Assembly (NCBI GenBank): GCA_021613535.1
Contig: CP075492.1
Span: 5,890,001-5,954,000, forward strand
Source of the DNA: Adineta vaga
Taxonomy: Eukaryota; Animalia; Rotifera
Length of the DNA stretch: 64,000 nt
Direction of reading: 5' to 3'
The position numbers and the translations under genes are program-made. This document shows, piece by piece, positions 1 to 12,993 of this stretch. Numbering within the stretch: position 1 is the stretch's first letter; each line of letters starts with the position of its first letter. The notes below the pieces were generated by a model, which ran no database searches, was not told the DNA's origin, and saw nothing but the letters and a program-made list of their open reading frames with translations.

Positions 1-832
1 ACAAAGATAATGTGTTGATTTGTTAAATTAACTTTTATTTCATTCAGATCAAACGATAATGCTATTGCTTCCTACATCCGTTAGATAGATTGTATTGTTA
101 ATACTAATGAACATATTGTATATTCGAATTTCAATCCACGAAGCAATGTTCTCGCATCATCTTATATCAATGACATGATGAATAAGCAAAATAAAAATTT
201 GCTTTATCATAATGCAAATAGAATGTTTAATATCAAAATATTTGAACACACTTTTATAATGTTAAATCTCTCCGAAGAAAATTTCTAAAAAGACATGTCC
301 ATTTCTATAAATATCGATATAATACAAATGAATTCTTTTTAGGATAAAAAAAAGTACTCATATTTACATTCATTTATATATCATTGCTTTCACGTTTTAA
401 CTCTCATTCTTGGTTGTGTTCATCTCTTGTGCATACGCACTAACGAGAAAACCAGATTTACGAAATGTTTGTCAACAACTGAAAAGAGTCGTCGAATTAT
501 GATTCTAATATTCATTAGATACGAATAAAAGGATAGGGAAACAGAAACTGCATTGAAAATCTTTGAAATGATGAAAATCATAGGACCTGATTCGTACAAA
601 TATTACGATATCTGCACGATGATTAACTTCATTGTTTCATCTTCAAGTTTTGTTCGATTAACTATCGAAAAACAAAACATTTGTTTATAACATGATTCAC
701 CATTACAAAACTTCAATTTCACCACGTGTCAATTCGTACACCCTCGTCCTTGAGCTTCCTTCACTATACGAAGTCGCCTAACGAAAGAACAGAAAAGAAA
801 ATTAAAATGACAATAGACGTATTCGACAGATC

Positions 833-2422
833 ATGACATCAACAACAAATATTCAGTTAAGGTTACTTTTCAAAGAAAAAAATTTCTCTACAATATACTT
901 GAATATAGTAGTGATGGTACTTTCTTTGGATTGGGTCATCCAGTATTAGATATTATTACAGAAGTTTCACTTGAATTTCTACAACGGTAATATATCTAAA
1001 TTTTCAATCAACTGATGTAATTCATTTTTCTGTTTCAAAGATATGATTTACAAGTAAATAATGTTGTCTTAGCAGAAAAGGTATCCAAATACGATGATTT
1101 GTATGTTTTCTATTCTATTGATTACAGTTATATTTCTTTAACTGTTTATTTAGAATGAATGAAATTCTTTCTAACGGAAATTATAAATTGAATTATTCAT
1201 CTGGTGGTTCAACACAAAATACTTTAAAAACAATCAATGTAAAGTTAATTCTATAGTATCATAAAATGTTCATATATGTTCTTAGTGGTTACTTGGACAA
1301 GATAATCTTACGATTTGTATGGGTTGTATTGGTCAGGATGATTGTGGAAGAAAATTAGAACAACAAATGAAAAATTGTCATTATCAAAAGACTTCGATTG
1401 CACCTACAGGCGTATGTTTAATATTAATTACGGATCAAGCAAGGTAAACAGACTTCTAGTTTCTGTAAAATATAATTCACGATCTTTATATTAAGATCAA
1501 TGATTACTAATCTTGGTGCTGCAAATCATTTTACAATTGATTACTTATTTAATGCACATAATTGGTTGTCTATTGAACAAGCTAAGATCTTCTATGTACC
1601 GGTAGGCTTGTTTTGTCTTTCAAATGAACTTTGTATATAAAACATCAATGTATAGGGATATTTTATTCGAACATGTTCAGACGCAGTGCGAAAATTAGCA
1701 GAGCATAGTAAAGAAACTAGTAAACTCTTTGCTTTCAATTTATCAGCAGAATATGTTTGTCAAAAATTTGGTGAAGACGTTATCAATTTATTACCTTTTG
1801 TAGATTTTCTGTTTGGTAATGAACAGGTAGATTTATTCAATGAAAATCTCGGCATGACTTTTTATCAATTGACTCTAGGAAGCAAAATGTTTTGTTCAGC
1901 ATCATTTCAAAATCAATGTAAGTTATTCTTGAATTCCGTGGAATAGAATAGCGACTTAAATAATCATAGAAAGATGCTGATATCATCTTTATGGCGAAAG
2001 AATTACAAAAAATGTTAACAAAAAATGCCGAAACATTTGTGATCATAACTCGTGGAGCTGATTCGATTATTTTAGCATCAAGTAACAAAAGAGACATGTC
2101 ATGTCTCATCCGTATTATGTTTTTTCTATTCTGTAGCACAAGGTGTCAAAATATTTCATGTCAAAAGACCATTAAAGATTGTTGATACTATTGGATGTGG
2201 TGATGTATTTGTTGGAGGTAAGACTCGAATATCTCTTTTCAATCAAAGATTCGTTCATGCTTTTGTTTATTAGGTTTTCTTGCATATCGATCATTGAATA
2301 GATCTATTGATGATTGTATCAATGCTGCATGTTATTGTGCATATGAATGTCTTTTACAAATAGGTTGTCAATTTCCAAGTATTTCTTCGTTCAATGATAC
2401 TAAATGTTATTGCAATATTTAA
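833..2422 (+). CDS. ADK: Adenosine kinase (PfkB/ribokinase family), multi-exon
   Basis: Spliced reading gives GLGHPVLDI, SGGSTQNT, MGCIGQDDCG, PTGVCLILI, RSMITNLGAANHF, FNLSAEY, DFLFGNEQE, VIITRGAD and DTIGCGDVFVGGF (PfkB anion-hole/catalytic Asp motif). ATG at 833, TAA at 2420-2422. Confidence 0.9.
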
Positions 2423-2950
2423 TATTTTTAAAAGAATAGAACATTCCTTGTTTTGTTTCTATGTGTCTCACTAAATATTTATACGAGTTAGATAAGATCC
2501 GTGCTCATGTTTTCCGGTTGTGAATATTAATCGATGCAATTATGAAAACCAGCGTTGATAATATAAACTAAATCATTACTTCTTTTTTATTTTTACATTA
2601 GTTTAATAACTGACATATCTATTAAAAACATATATTTATTCGAACTGCCAAGTAATTCACAAAGTAATTTTCTGGGAAAAAAAGTCATTACTATTCATAG
2701 TAAGCACATACGAATTGCATTGTATAAACTCATCTGAAATCCGTGAGTTGAACACAAGTAGACGAGAAAAGGATGATTTTTACCTTCTCACGATTTGCAT
2801 TAGAAGGTAGTCGTAAAAATTCAACTTTGAAAACACTATAACAAGTACATGAATTCAATACGAATCATACTTCATTTTATCACCTTTGTTCTGTTTGATA
2901 TAATACCAGTCATCACTGACCTAAATCTCAGCACACACTACAAGCTATAT

Positions 2951-3125
2951 TCTATGTTTACATCTTTTTTTATGTTTATGCTTGGCAACTACTGATCAAT
3001 TCTTCACTACTTGTTCTTGACCATACTGGCAACAATTGTGAAATATTCAATTAAGGCACTATTTGATTATTTCTGTTGTTATTCTTGATATTCTTCATAG
3101 TCTACCATTTACATTATATCTTATG
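2951..3125 (+). pseudogene. Degenerate fragment of a class A GPCR (paralog of the gene at 3398)
   Basis: Translates LCLCLATTDQFFTTCS*PYWQQL*NIQLRHYLIISV...HSLPF, matching CLCLAVIDQFLATCTNPRWHQWNNIKLARRLII...YGIPF of the neighbouring GPCR, with in-frame stops. Confidence 0.75.
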
Positions 3126-3397
3126 TGACATCGACACAGAGTAAAAACGCACAAAAATCAAGTCGAGCCTCAAATCAAATACATGCACAACATTATCACA
3201 CATGCATTAGCATTAGACTTAAAAGAAAACCGTCATTATCATGAAAAATAAATGGGCATTTATAGAACATTTTAGCAAATTGTTTCAGTTGAATAAATAA
3301 ATAAAATATCTATATAAATGTACTGAGCACTAACGATTATCACTTTTGCTAATGAGTAGTTCGAAAGTAAGACGCATTTTACAATAAAAAAGATCTT

Positions 3398-4448
3398 ATG
3401 TCGAGTTCTACTATTATATCATTAACATTCGCTTCTCAACAAGTGGCAATTTATGGAGGATTATTTGTTTTTATTCTTGGAATTATTGGTAATCCCTTGA
3501 CACTATTCGTCTTTGTTAGCCTTCGAACTTTTCGAGAAAGTTCATGTGCATTCTATCTAACAATCCTGTCTTTTCTTAATATATTCAATTTATTTACTGG
3601 TCCGTTTACTTTTATTCTTAGCAGTGGATTTTCTATTAATTGGACAAATACATCATTATTCTACTGTAAATTTCGTTCATTTTGTCTGCAATTTTTTCTC
3701 TTAACATCTTTTGCATGTCTGTGTTTGGCAGTTATTGATCAATTTCTAGCAACATGTACAAATCCTCGATGGCACCAGTGGAATAATATTAAACTAGCTC
3801 GACGTCTTATCATTGGAGCAGCTCTTGCAATCAGTTTATATGGTATTCCATTTTTATTATATTACAATCATGTTCCGTCATCAGTAACAGGTGGATTTAC
3901 TTGTATGATTACAAATCCTTCCTTTCAAATATATTACACACTTTTTCATCTGCCATTTCTTGGTATTGGTTTACCTGTATTAGTTATAGTCATTTTCGGA
4001 ATGTTGGCATATCGAAATGTTCGTCAAATTGCTTATAGAACAGTTCCACTTGTTCGACAGGAATTAGACAAACAATTGACAACAATGGTTCTTATTCAAG
4101 TGATTTGTGATGCAATCGTTCTAGCTCCAGTAGCTATTTTTAATTTATTCAATACAATTCATATCAAATCAGGCGATCAAGTTTTCGAAGTACAATTGAA
4201 TTTGATTCGAAATATTATAGCTGTTCCCTATTACGTTCATTTTGTAGTAAGTTTAAATTCTGTTTAATCATTGTGATTATCATAATTAGACATATTTTTC
4301 TTCCTTTTTCATTTAGAGTTCATTTTATATCTATGTAATTATATCGAAGCGATTTCGACAACAATTAAGTTATGCTGTATCTAATATTTATTTCAATCGA
4401 TTTCAACATCAAATAGCAAACAATAAACAAATACATCCACAAACCTAA
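3398..4448 (+). CDS. Rhodopsin-like (class A) 7TM GPCR, orphan
   Basis: Seven hydrophobic segments, GN in TM1, DQF in place of DRY, extracellular Cys pair. One intron (~4246-4317) leads to a last exon SSFYIYVIISKRFRQQL...HPQT*. Confidence 0.85.
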
Positions 4449-4706
4449 ATGTTTTTTTTTCTTTCTTTTTTTCTTTATAAATCATCTATTCATTGAAAAC
4501 AAAGATGTCATTGATGAAGTCAACAATTGATGACTTTCTAAATAAGGTAACAAACTCGTTATTTTTGTTCAGTAACGTGGTAATAAATTATGTTTTTAGC
4601 GGAGATGATCTGAAAGATTTTTGTTTAATTACGGAATAATTATCATTTTATTTTGAGAAAGGATCTAGACACATTATGAATCTGATGAGTTAATCGTTAA
4701 ACAAAT

Positions 4707-7700
4707 TTAGCGCAGGATGCAACTAACATATTGTGGTGTGTTTTGAATTTTCTCTGATACTCGCTGAACACTATGCTCAGTCATAACTCGTTTTGAATGA
4801 TCAGTAGATAGGAATCTTCCGTAGATGATCAATGCTTATTGATAACACTCGAGTACCACGACTGATCGAGTCTCATTTTCATAACAAAGTCCGAGATTAC
4901 TAAGACTATCAGCAATATCTATATGACCATCGGGATATAATTTTACATGTATTATCAAGACTTCGAGCAATATTGATATTATCAGATGAATAGAATTTCT
5001 CACGAATTTTCAGTGCGCATCGATAATATTCGAAGGATGCCTCCTATTTCTCTTGATTATCATATATCCAAGCAATATTATTCAAAGTATGAGCCATATC
5101 AACATGATCTGATGGATAGAATTCCTCTTGCAATTGTAATGCTTGCTGATGATAATCAAGAGCTTCATCATACTTTCGTTGATTACCAAGAGCACAGCCA
5201 ATACCATTTAGACTTCGAATAGTGTCAATATGTTTCGATGATGAATGTTTCTTATGTATGACTAATGCTGTTTGGTGAAATTCAAGAGATTCATCATGCT
5301 TTTCTTCTTTTCTCAACAGATCACCAATACTATTCAAAGTCCAAGCAGTATCAACATGACCCGAGGGATGATATTTTTCTTGAATTGTAAGTGCACGTTG
5401 ATGATAATTGAGAGTTTCATGACATCTTTCTTGACGATCAAGAATACGTCCCATATTGTTTAAACTTCGAGCAATTTTTACATGATCAGATGGATAACAT
5501 TTCTCTTCTATAGTCAATGCTTTTTGATGATATTTGAGAGATTCATTATAATTACATGGTTTTCGAAGTACAACACCAATACTAGTTAATGTCCAAGCAA
5601 TATCAGTATGATCATTTGAATAATATTTCTCTTGAATAGCTAATGCTTGTTGATAGTAATCGAGAGCTTCGGTATACTTTTTCTGTCGACGAAATATACC
5701 ACCTATTCGATTCAATGTCCAGGCCATATCAACATGACCTGTGGGATAATATTTTTCTTGCATTTTTAATGCTCGTTCATAGTAATCATGTGCTTCATCA
5801 TATTTTCGTTGATTGTCAAGTGCAAAAGCAATGTTATTTAAACTACGAGCAACATCACCATATTCTAAAGGGTTATATTCTTTTCGTAGTTTTAATGCTC
5901 GTTGATGGTAGTGAATAGCTGTTTTATATTTCTTTTGATGATGACGAATTGTACCAATATTATTAAGAATTTGTGCAATATGAATGTGACCAGTAGAATT
6001 ATACGTTTCTTGTATTTTTAAAGCACGTTTGTAATATTTAATCGCTTCATCGTACTCGCATTGTTCGTCGAAAATCCACCCAATATTATTTAGACTACCG
6101 ACAATGTCAACATGACCAGAGGGACAACATTTTTCACTCATTTCGAGAGCTCGTTGATGGTAGGTAAGAGCTTCATCGAATTTTCGTTTTATTCCTTGAT
6201 TACAACCAATATTATTGAGAGTTTGAGCAATATCAAGATGTCCTGATGGATAAGATTTCTCTTGTATGATCAATGCTCGTTTGAAATACTCTATTGCTTC
6301 GTCGAATTTCTTTTGATGTTTCAATATATCACCAATATTATTCAGAGTTGTGGCAATATTAATATGACCAAATGGATAGCATTGCTGCTCCATTTTTAAC
6401 GCTTCCTGGTAATATACAAGAGCGTTATCATACTTGTCTTGCTTTTTTAATATTGTTGTAATATTATTGAGAGTACGGATAATATCGATATGATCTGATC
6501 GGTAATATTTCTTATACAATTCAAGTGCTTGTTGATAGTACTGAAGGGCTTCGTCATATTTCCCTTGACCATGAACAATTCTAGCAATACTGTTCAATAC
6601 ATACGCTATATCGTTAAGACGATATGGTTTCGACTTTCTCATTTGTTCATAAACCTGATTATAATATTCTTGAGCTTGTATCCATTCACCTTTCAATTCA
6701 TGAATTCGCCCAAAATTAAATTCAATCCAAGCAATATTTTCACTATTTGATTCCTTCTTTAATTTCTCGAAATATTCTTTAGATTTATCATATTCACCCA
6801 TGTGCCAAAGAAGTCGACCGAAGATAATTTCGATATTCATCTGACGCACTCATTCGAATAACATATATACCATTGTTTTCTTCAGTGATCGATTCCAACA
6901 AAAAAGTGGAATTCAAATCGGACAACATCTCTTGATTTTGAGAATATTCACAAAATTGTGCAGTATCACATAATATTACACTTTTACCAACATGTTCTAT
7001 AGCATATTTGATTTCGAAAAGAATGTCAATAATATCAATTCGCTTTGTTAAGTTCGTCGCTATTGTTAATGCTATTGAACGAAGTCGACTCGTCGATAAA
7101 TATCCATTAGTCGAAATCAATTTTCCTTCATTTGCCTTTAGTTTATCAAATTCTTCTCGATCTAGTTTTGCTCCACGATATACAGTCAGCACCTTTTCCT
7201 TACTCGACAACATCTTATCATGTTCACCAACAAGATTTCTCGACAAATCACCAATGAAGAATCGAAATCGATGTAACTGATCAATATCTTCACTTCGCAA
7301 TGCTTTGTTCACTAGTTTATATACAAACGATTGCTTCGAATACCATCGAATGGCATCTTCCGATCGATAGTCACGTTCAAATTCATCGATCAACTTCTGT
7401 TCTTTCGTATTACCTTGATAGTAGCATCGACATATATCGATCATCTGTTGTTTTGCATGTTGATTTCGTGGAAGACGAAGAATGACATGATTAAATAACT
7501 GAAACCAGAGAAACTCTGCTGATTGTTTTGACAAATCTTTTGTTGCTCGTTGATGTTGATCGAAGAGACTGAATGTTTGTAGTTGTTTATCGACAAGATC
7601 AATTTGTTGTTGAATGGATTGACACAAATCGTCGAGACGACTGTAGATGCCAACGATTTTCAAATACTCGCTTGTGAGATGTTGATATCGATTGATTTTC

Positions 7701-7990
7701 AAACAAAAGATAAAGATGGAATCGAGTTGACGAAGATGAGCAACTCGAGGCAGAAGTTGAGATGCTTGTTTTCCAGAAGTGATGAGAAATAGTTTCTCGG
7801 TGCTGATAGATTGAATGAAAGCAATGCATTGTTCGAGATCAGTATGAAAAATAACAAAATCATTGATCAATCGTAGTTGTTGTTTGGTGATTTTTGCATC
7901 TTGCCATACTTCAATATTTGGATCAAACCAAAGAAGTGTCGTACTTTCTTTATTTTCATTATTAACAGGTGAGTTATGCTGATCTGCCAT
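4707..7990 (-). pseudogene. ADP-ribosyltransferase (ART, R-S-E type) fused to ~14 TPR repeats; frameshifted
   Basis: ORF 6794-8002 has an N-terminal alpha/beta domain and the ART motifs VYRG, YLSTS and QEML. ORF 5044-6849 has 42-aa kinesin-light-chain-like TPRs. The frames switch at ~6840. TPR-like sequence continues past the TAG at 5044 with further stops and frameshifts to ~4707. Confidence 0.8.
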
Positions 7991-8520
7991 TGTGACTTTC
8001 AAGAAGTCGTTTCTAGTGAATCTCTGCGTTTGATGAGGAAATTGTATCTTTATGTAACATCTTTAATTTTTCGTTTCATATCTTTCTATGATTTTGGGTT
8101 GCGACCCCATTTATTTTTGTAATATCATATCTTAATGTCGCATGTTTAAAAATCTGATAAGACATTATGAAAACATCTTCTGGGTTTTTTCAATTTATAA
8201 ATGTTTCTTTGAGAGCGTCAAAGATGAAAATTATTATTTTTGGCTTAAGCAGAGGATCGATGCGTCATAAGCTTTGTCTAATGTATATTGTTGGAAAACT
8301 ATTTTACTGAATGTACCTTTCACGAAGATGGAGTTTTTGTTAAAACTCAGATTGTCGCTGTATTTCTTCTATGTTGTGTGATTTTAAGTGAGGAGATATA
8401 TCTCAACTTCGTTGAAGTTTATTTAAAATATGTGAGACCTACGTTACACGTAGGAAAATGTAAGTAGAATATAAAGAACAATGAAAAAAAATTGAAATGG
8501 TCTGTTGGATTGGTATTCTT

Positions 8521-10260
8521 TTAACATCGTAATTTATCTGTCGCTTCACCAAGACCAAAACATTTTCGAACTTTTTGATAACGTTTTATTCTATTCTCTT
8601 GTTTTAAAGTTGATCCACATTCAATGGCATTTATTATTTGTGTTGTAGCTCCAAAATTACCTTCTCGTGCTGGTCGACCCATATCATTAGCATTCCAAAA
8701 GAAAAGTGCTGTTGCAGCTGCTAATGTATCAGATTCAGAAACTTTTTCGGGATTTTTTAATAGATCAACACCAAGTGATTCACCTGAGGCATGATAATTA
8801 CATGGCCATGATAATTGAAACCAACCACGACCATAGTATTGTTTACCAGGTTCAGGTTCAATCGGTGGACACCATGATTCTTGGTAATCATTAGCACATG
8901 CACCTGATTGTCCACAATATTCTTCCAGTGTTTTTAAACCATCGGTTTCATGTGAAACATGAGCAAGAAACATCATGACTTCATCACGATTTTGTGCTTG
9001 TAATGGCACCATTGTTAATGCTTCTTGAAAACCTAAGTTCAAAAAAATTCAATACGATAAGCTGAAGCAGATGAATTTCTTTCTTTTTAATAGAGACAAA
9101 AAGAAGAGGCTTTATCAAAAGTGAATTACCTTGCCAACGTTTATCGCGAAGAGCAGGATCTAATTCATCAAATATACAATCGAATCGTTCGCGAGTGATT
9201 GATGTATCACTAATGTCAACTTCTGGTATATTATTACAATATTCTGATGTACTGCCACAACTTTGTATTGAGTGAAATAGATACGACATTGTTCGTAAGG
9301 CATAATATTAATATCACTTACTATCCCCATTTTGAACAACAAAGACCTGGTGCACATGGACATCGACCAATATCAGGAGAAGGACTACCATTACAGTGAA
9401 GAGGCGTATCGCCACAGCTCAAAGTTAGAAATGAAAAGGATGAAACTGTTTTTCAAAGAACTGAGTACATACAATCCCCATCTAGAACAACAAAATCCTG
9501 GCCCACACGGTGGCTGACATGTAGTACCGTGTGTGTTGTTTGTACTACCAGCACAATGCAGTTCTGAATTACCACAACTATAATTTAAAAAACAAAATAT
9601 ACCCAAATCATTGACTGATGCTCACAATCCCCATTTTGAACAACAAAATCCTGGCCCACATGGTGGCTGACATGTAGCACCAAGCATATTATTTGTATTA
9701 CTAGCACAATGCAATTCTGAATTACCACAGCTATAATTTGAAAAATAAAAATATTCCTAAATCATTGAGCAATGCTTACTATCCCCATTTTGAACAACAA
9801 AATCCTGGCCCACATGGTGGCTGACATGTAGTACCAAGCATATTATTTGTATTACTAGCACAATGCAATTCTGAATTACCACAGCTATAATTTGAAAAAT
9901 AAAAATATTCCTACATCATTGAGCAATGCTTACTATCCCCATTTCGAACAACAAAATCCTGGCCCACATGGTGGTTGACAGGTAGCACCATATGTATAAT
10001 TATTTGTGTGACTAGCACAATGCAATTCTGAATCTCCACAACTAAAATACGAAAGATGAAAACTACTAAATTATTGAATAATACTCACTATCCCCATTTC
10101 GAACAACAAAAACCCGGTGAACATCCTTCCTGTTGACAATTTTGTCCTATAAATTACGTATGATTAAATATTTCAGACTGCAATAAAAAATATAGTCACC
10201 GATCGATTTATCTATTAGGACGAATGCAATCAAGATCACATGGAAAGTTGCTTTGATCAT
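8521..10260 (-). CDS. Secreted GH19 chitinase with six hevein (CBM18) chitin-binding domains
   Basis: Signal peptide MIKATFHVILIAFVLIDKSIG; six CxPGxCCSxWG(Y/F)CG modules; GH19 motifs FLAHVSHETDGLKTLEE, YYGRGWFQLSWPCNY and TQIINAIEC. Confidence 0.9.
9320..10150 (-). repeat. Tandem ~153-155 bp exon+intron repeat encoding hevein domains
   Basis: The anchor ATCCCCAT recurs at 9323, 9474, 9627, 9781, 9935 and 10090. The central units are nearly identical, including their introns. Confidence 0.92.
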
Positions 10261-11571
10261 GTGTATTATACGAATCAGATTGTCGTTGTTCGAAATGTCT
10301 TATGCTGGAGTATGACAAAGAAAGCGGCACAGGGAAGAAGAATAAATTTTTCGGGATAGAATGATCGAAGTAAGAAGAAAAGTTGAAGATAATAAAACAG
10401 AAAAGCTGACGTCAATAGATACTTATTTTTCCCAGGGGGAAATATTAAAAAATCACAATAAGAAACGGTCGAATTTGTTTGAGAAGATCTTTATTTTAAA
10501 TCAAAAACAAATATTTATTATTCAGAAGAATAACTAAAATGAGTTCGAAATATTAAATCTGATTTAGTCATATTCAAATAGTCAATAATTACTGACTACT
10601 TAAGTTGTTTAATTTCGACTACTCTCTCAAAAAAAACAAATCTTTTGTCATCAATCAGATGATATTAAGCTTATCTATTCTTAGGTTAAAATTTAATATA
10701 TTTCTGAATCGTTTTTAAACTTTTTATAAACAAATATTTCGATCGATGCGTTCGACTTCATCACCTTCGAATATCTACGTCATTTATGAATTTCTTGTAT
10801 TTCATTATTATTTTTTTTTACATGTTTTCATACATCATTTTATGCACTTATATCAAAATGATCTTCTTTGAAGAAGAATAATCGAGAAGGGAACACTTCA
10901 CTAAAACAGAACTTCCTTTTTATCAGGATATTTACTGAATTGTGCAATATCACACTTATATCATGTTGTGTAATATTGTATTTGATCTCGAAAAGAAAAA
11001 GAACAGCGATAACACCAATTCTTTTAGTCCCATTCATTGCAAAACTAAGTGGAAGTGAACAACGTCCACTTGTGAATAAATATCTATTAATGAAGATCAA
11101 TTTACCTTGATAGACCTTTTTTTTCTTCTTAGATAAAAAGAAAATGTTTCTAAAGACAAGAAAGATTTTTTTTAGATGAATATCGAACGTTTTCGTTTAT
11201 TCATAGAGAGAAAAAAATAGGTTAGATATATAAATCGTATTGTTACACCGATGATCATGTCACTTTCATATAATATGGTCATTTATCCTTTCTTTCGCAT
11301 CGCCTTTCTTGCATTCGTAAGGTGACTAATAGTGATCGACTGATTAATAATGTTTTGCTTTCTTGAAAACAAGTTTTCTGTTAAACTAGAATATTTAAAT
11401 ATCTTTGTTTTCTGTCAAAATGAAGAGAAAGAAAACAAACGACTGCTTTTCAGTAAGGAAAAAGATCAATATACATCAACTCGTCACTCACATTAACTCA
11501 TCACAACAAGAAAAATTACTAATGCTTTTTTTCCTCATCACTGCCTTTACAAATATCAAGAAAAAAACCAA

Positions 11572-12993
11572 TCAAGTTATAGTCACAGTTAACATATTTG
11601 ATAATAACAATTTCTTATTGTTTATTATTGCATGTTGACCAATCGTCTTTTTATTATTGGATAATTTTGCTAGATTTGTTTTGGAATTCGATCGTATTGC
11701 TTTACGTTTATTTATTGGATAACATTGATCACTAAATTTAACTCGATTTGGAATTGTTTTCAATTTTTGTTGTTGATCATCATGATTCAAATTGAACGTT
11801 ACCGTTCGTTGTTGTTTTTTCTGATACCATGGTAATGCACGTGTTTGTTCAATTGTTGATACTTTTTCTCCATCACTTGTTTCACCATCAATATTATCGT
11901 AGAAATGTTCACTTGATACTTCATCATTTTCATTAAGATGTACACCACGTAGACGAAGACGTTGACGAAATAATTCTTCTTGTAATTTAATGGTATGTTC
12001 GAGATTATCATGTGTTGTATACATTGTTGATGCTGCATTGAGAACACGTTCGAGAGATTCGATTTCATCCGAATAAGCACTACTTGGTAAACTGTCAGCT
12101 GTATTATATGCACTTGAACTGCTTTCATTATGTTTTATTGATGATTGATCGGTTGTCGAGAGAGAAGGCGATGATAATGAATGATCCGATGGTGTTGGTT
12201 GTGGTGTCGCGGAGATATATTCAAGATTATCGTTTAGTTGAAGAGTATAATATTTTGGATTCTAGAAGAAAATTTACTAGAGATGAAAATGACTTTGAAA
12301 TAGGACAACCGACTTTTTCGGATGTTTTTTTTGAAGATTTATTTTTTGAATATTGTGTCGAACAATTTGAACAAATTGTTGATGAATTCATTTCATCCGT
12401 TTGTGTTGCAATTTCTTTCAAAGGTTTGATATTCTCAATGAACTAAACATCGAAGAAAAAGAAAGTCAACTGTAAAGTTTATCAAAATAAATGATGTCTA
12501 TTATAACGTAACTGATGCCTGTAAGATATTCTTCTAGTGATTCTTTAATACTACGTAATCAGTTTTAATAGTTAAGAAGCTTTAAAAAAATGATGGATTC
12601 AATTTTGTCTAGTTGCCGAAAGGTGTTCGACTGGATTATCTTTTCATTTGCCTTGAGATACATGATTTAACTATTTTTTAAAAAGCATTTTCTTGTTTGA
12701 AGGAAAGAAGAAAAGAAAAAATCCGAGTTGAATTATCTAATCAAATCGTCTACCTTTTTTTGTTGTTGATATTTAAATATTAAATGTGCCATTTTCTTTT
12801 TACTTTGATGTAAATCATTATAAAGAATTCCAATATGTTTAATTAATTCGTGTTCTTTTTTTTCATGTTGAAATTTTAACTGATCAATAATAGTTTGTAA
12901 TTGTTCAATGGTATGACATTTTTCATCAAGAATACGTTTGGTTGCTGTCATTTTATCCATCGATGTACGAATTAATCTTGGTGAACTAAACAT
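11572..12993 (-). CDS. Uncharacterised protein with N-terminal coiled coil and Ser/Thr-rich region
   Basis: ORFs 12733-12993 (heptad pattern), 12227-12421 and 11572-12024 can be joined through plausible GT-AG introns. Family not recognised; boundaries approximate. Confidence 0.55.

Noticed and set aside
1-800. Possible exons upstream of adenosine kinase
   Set aside because: No consistent spliced reading frame or recognisable motif could be built by eye.
9320-10150. Regular repeat that could be mistaken for a CRISPR array or satellite
   Set aside because: The units are coding exons with GT-AG introns; there are no unique spacers or cas genes, and the context is eukaryotic.
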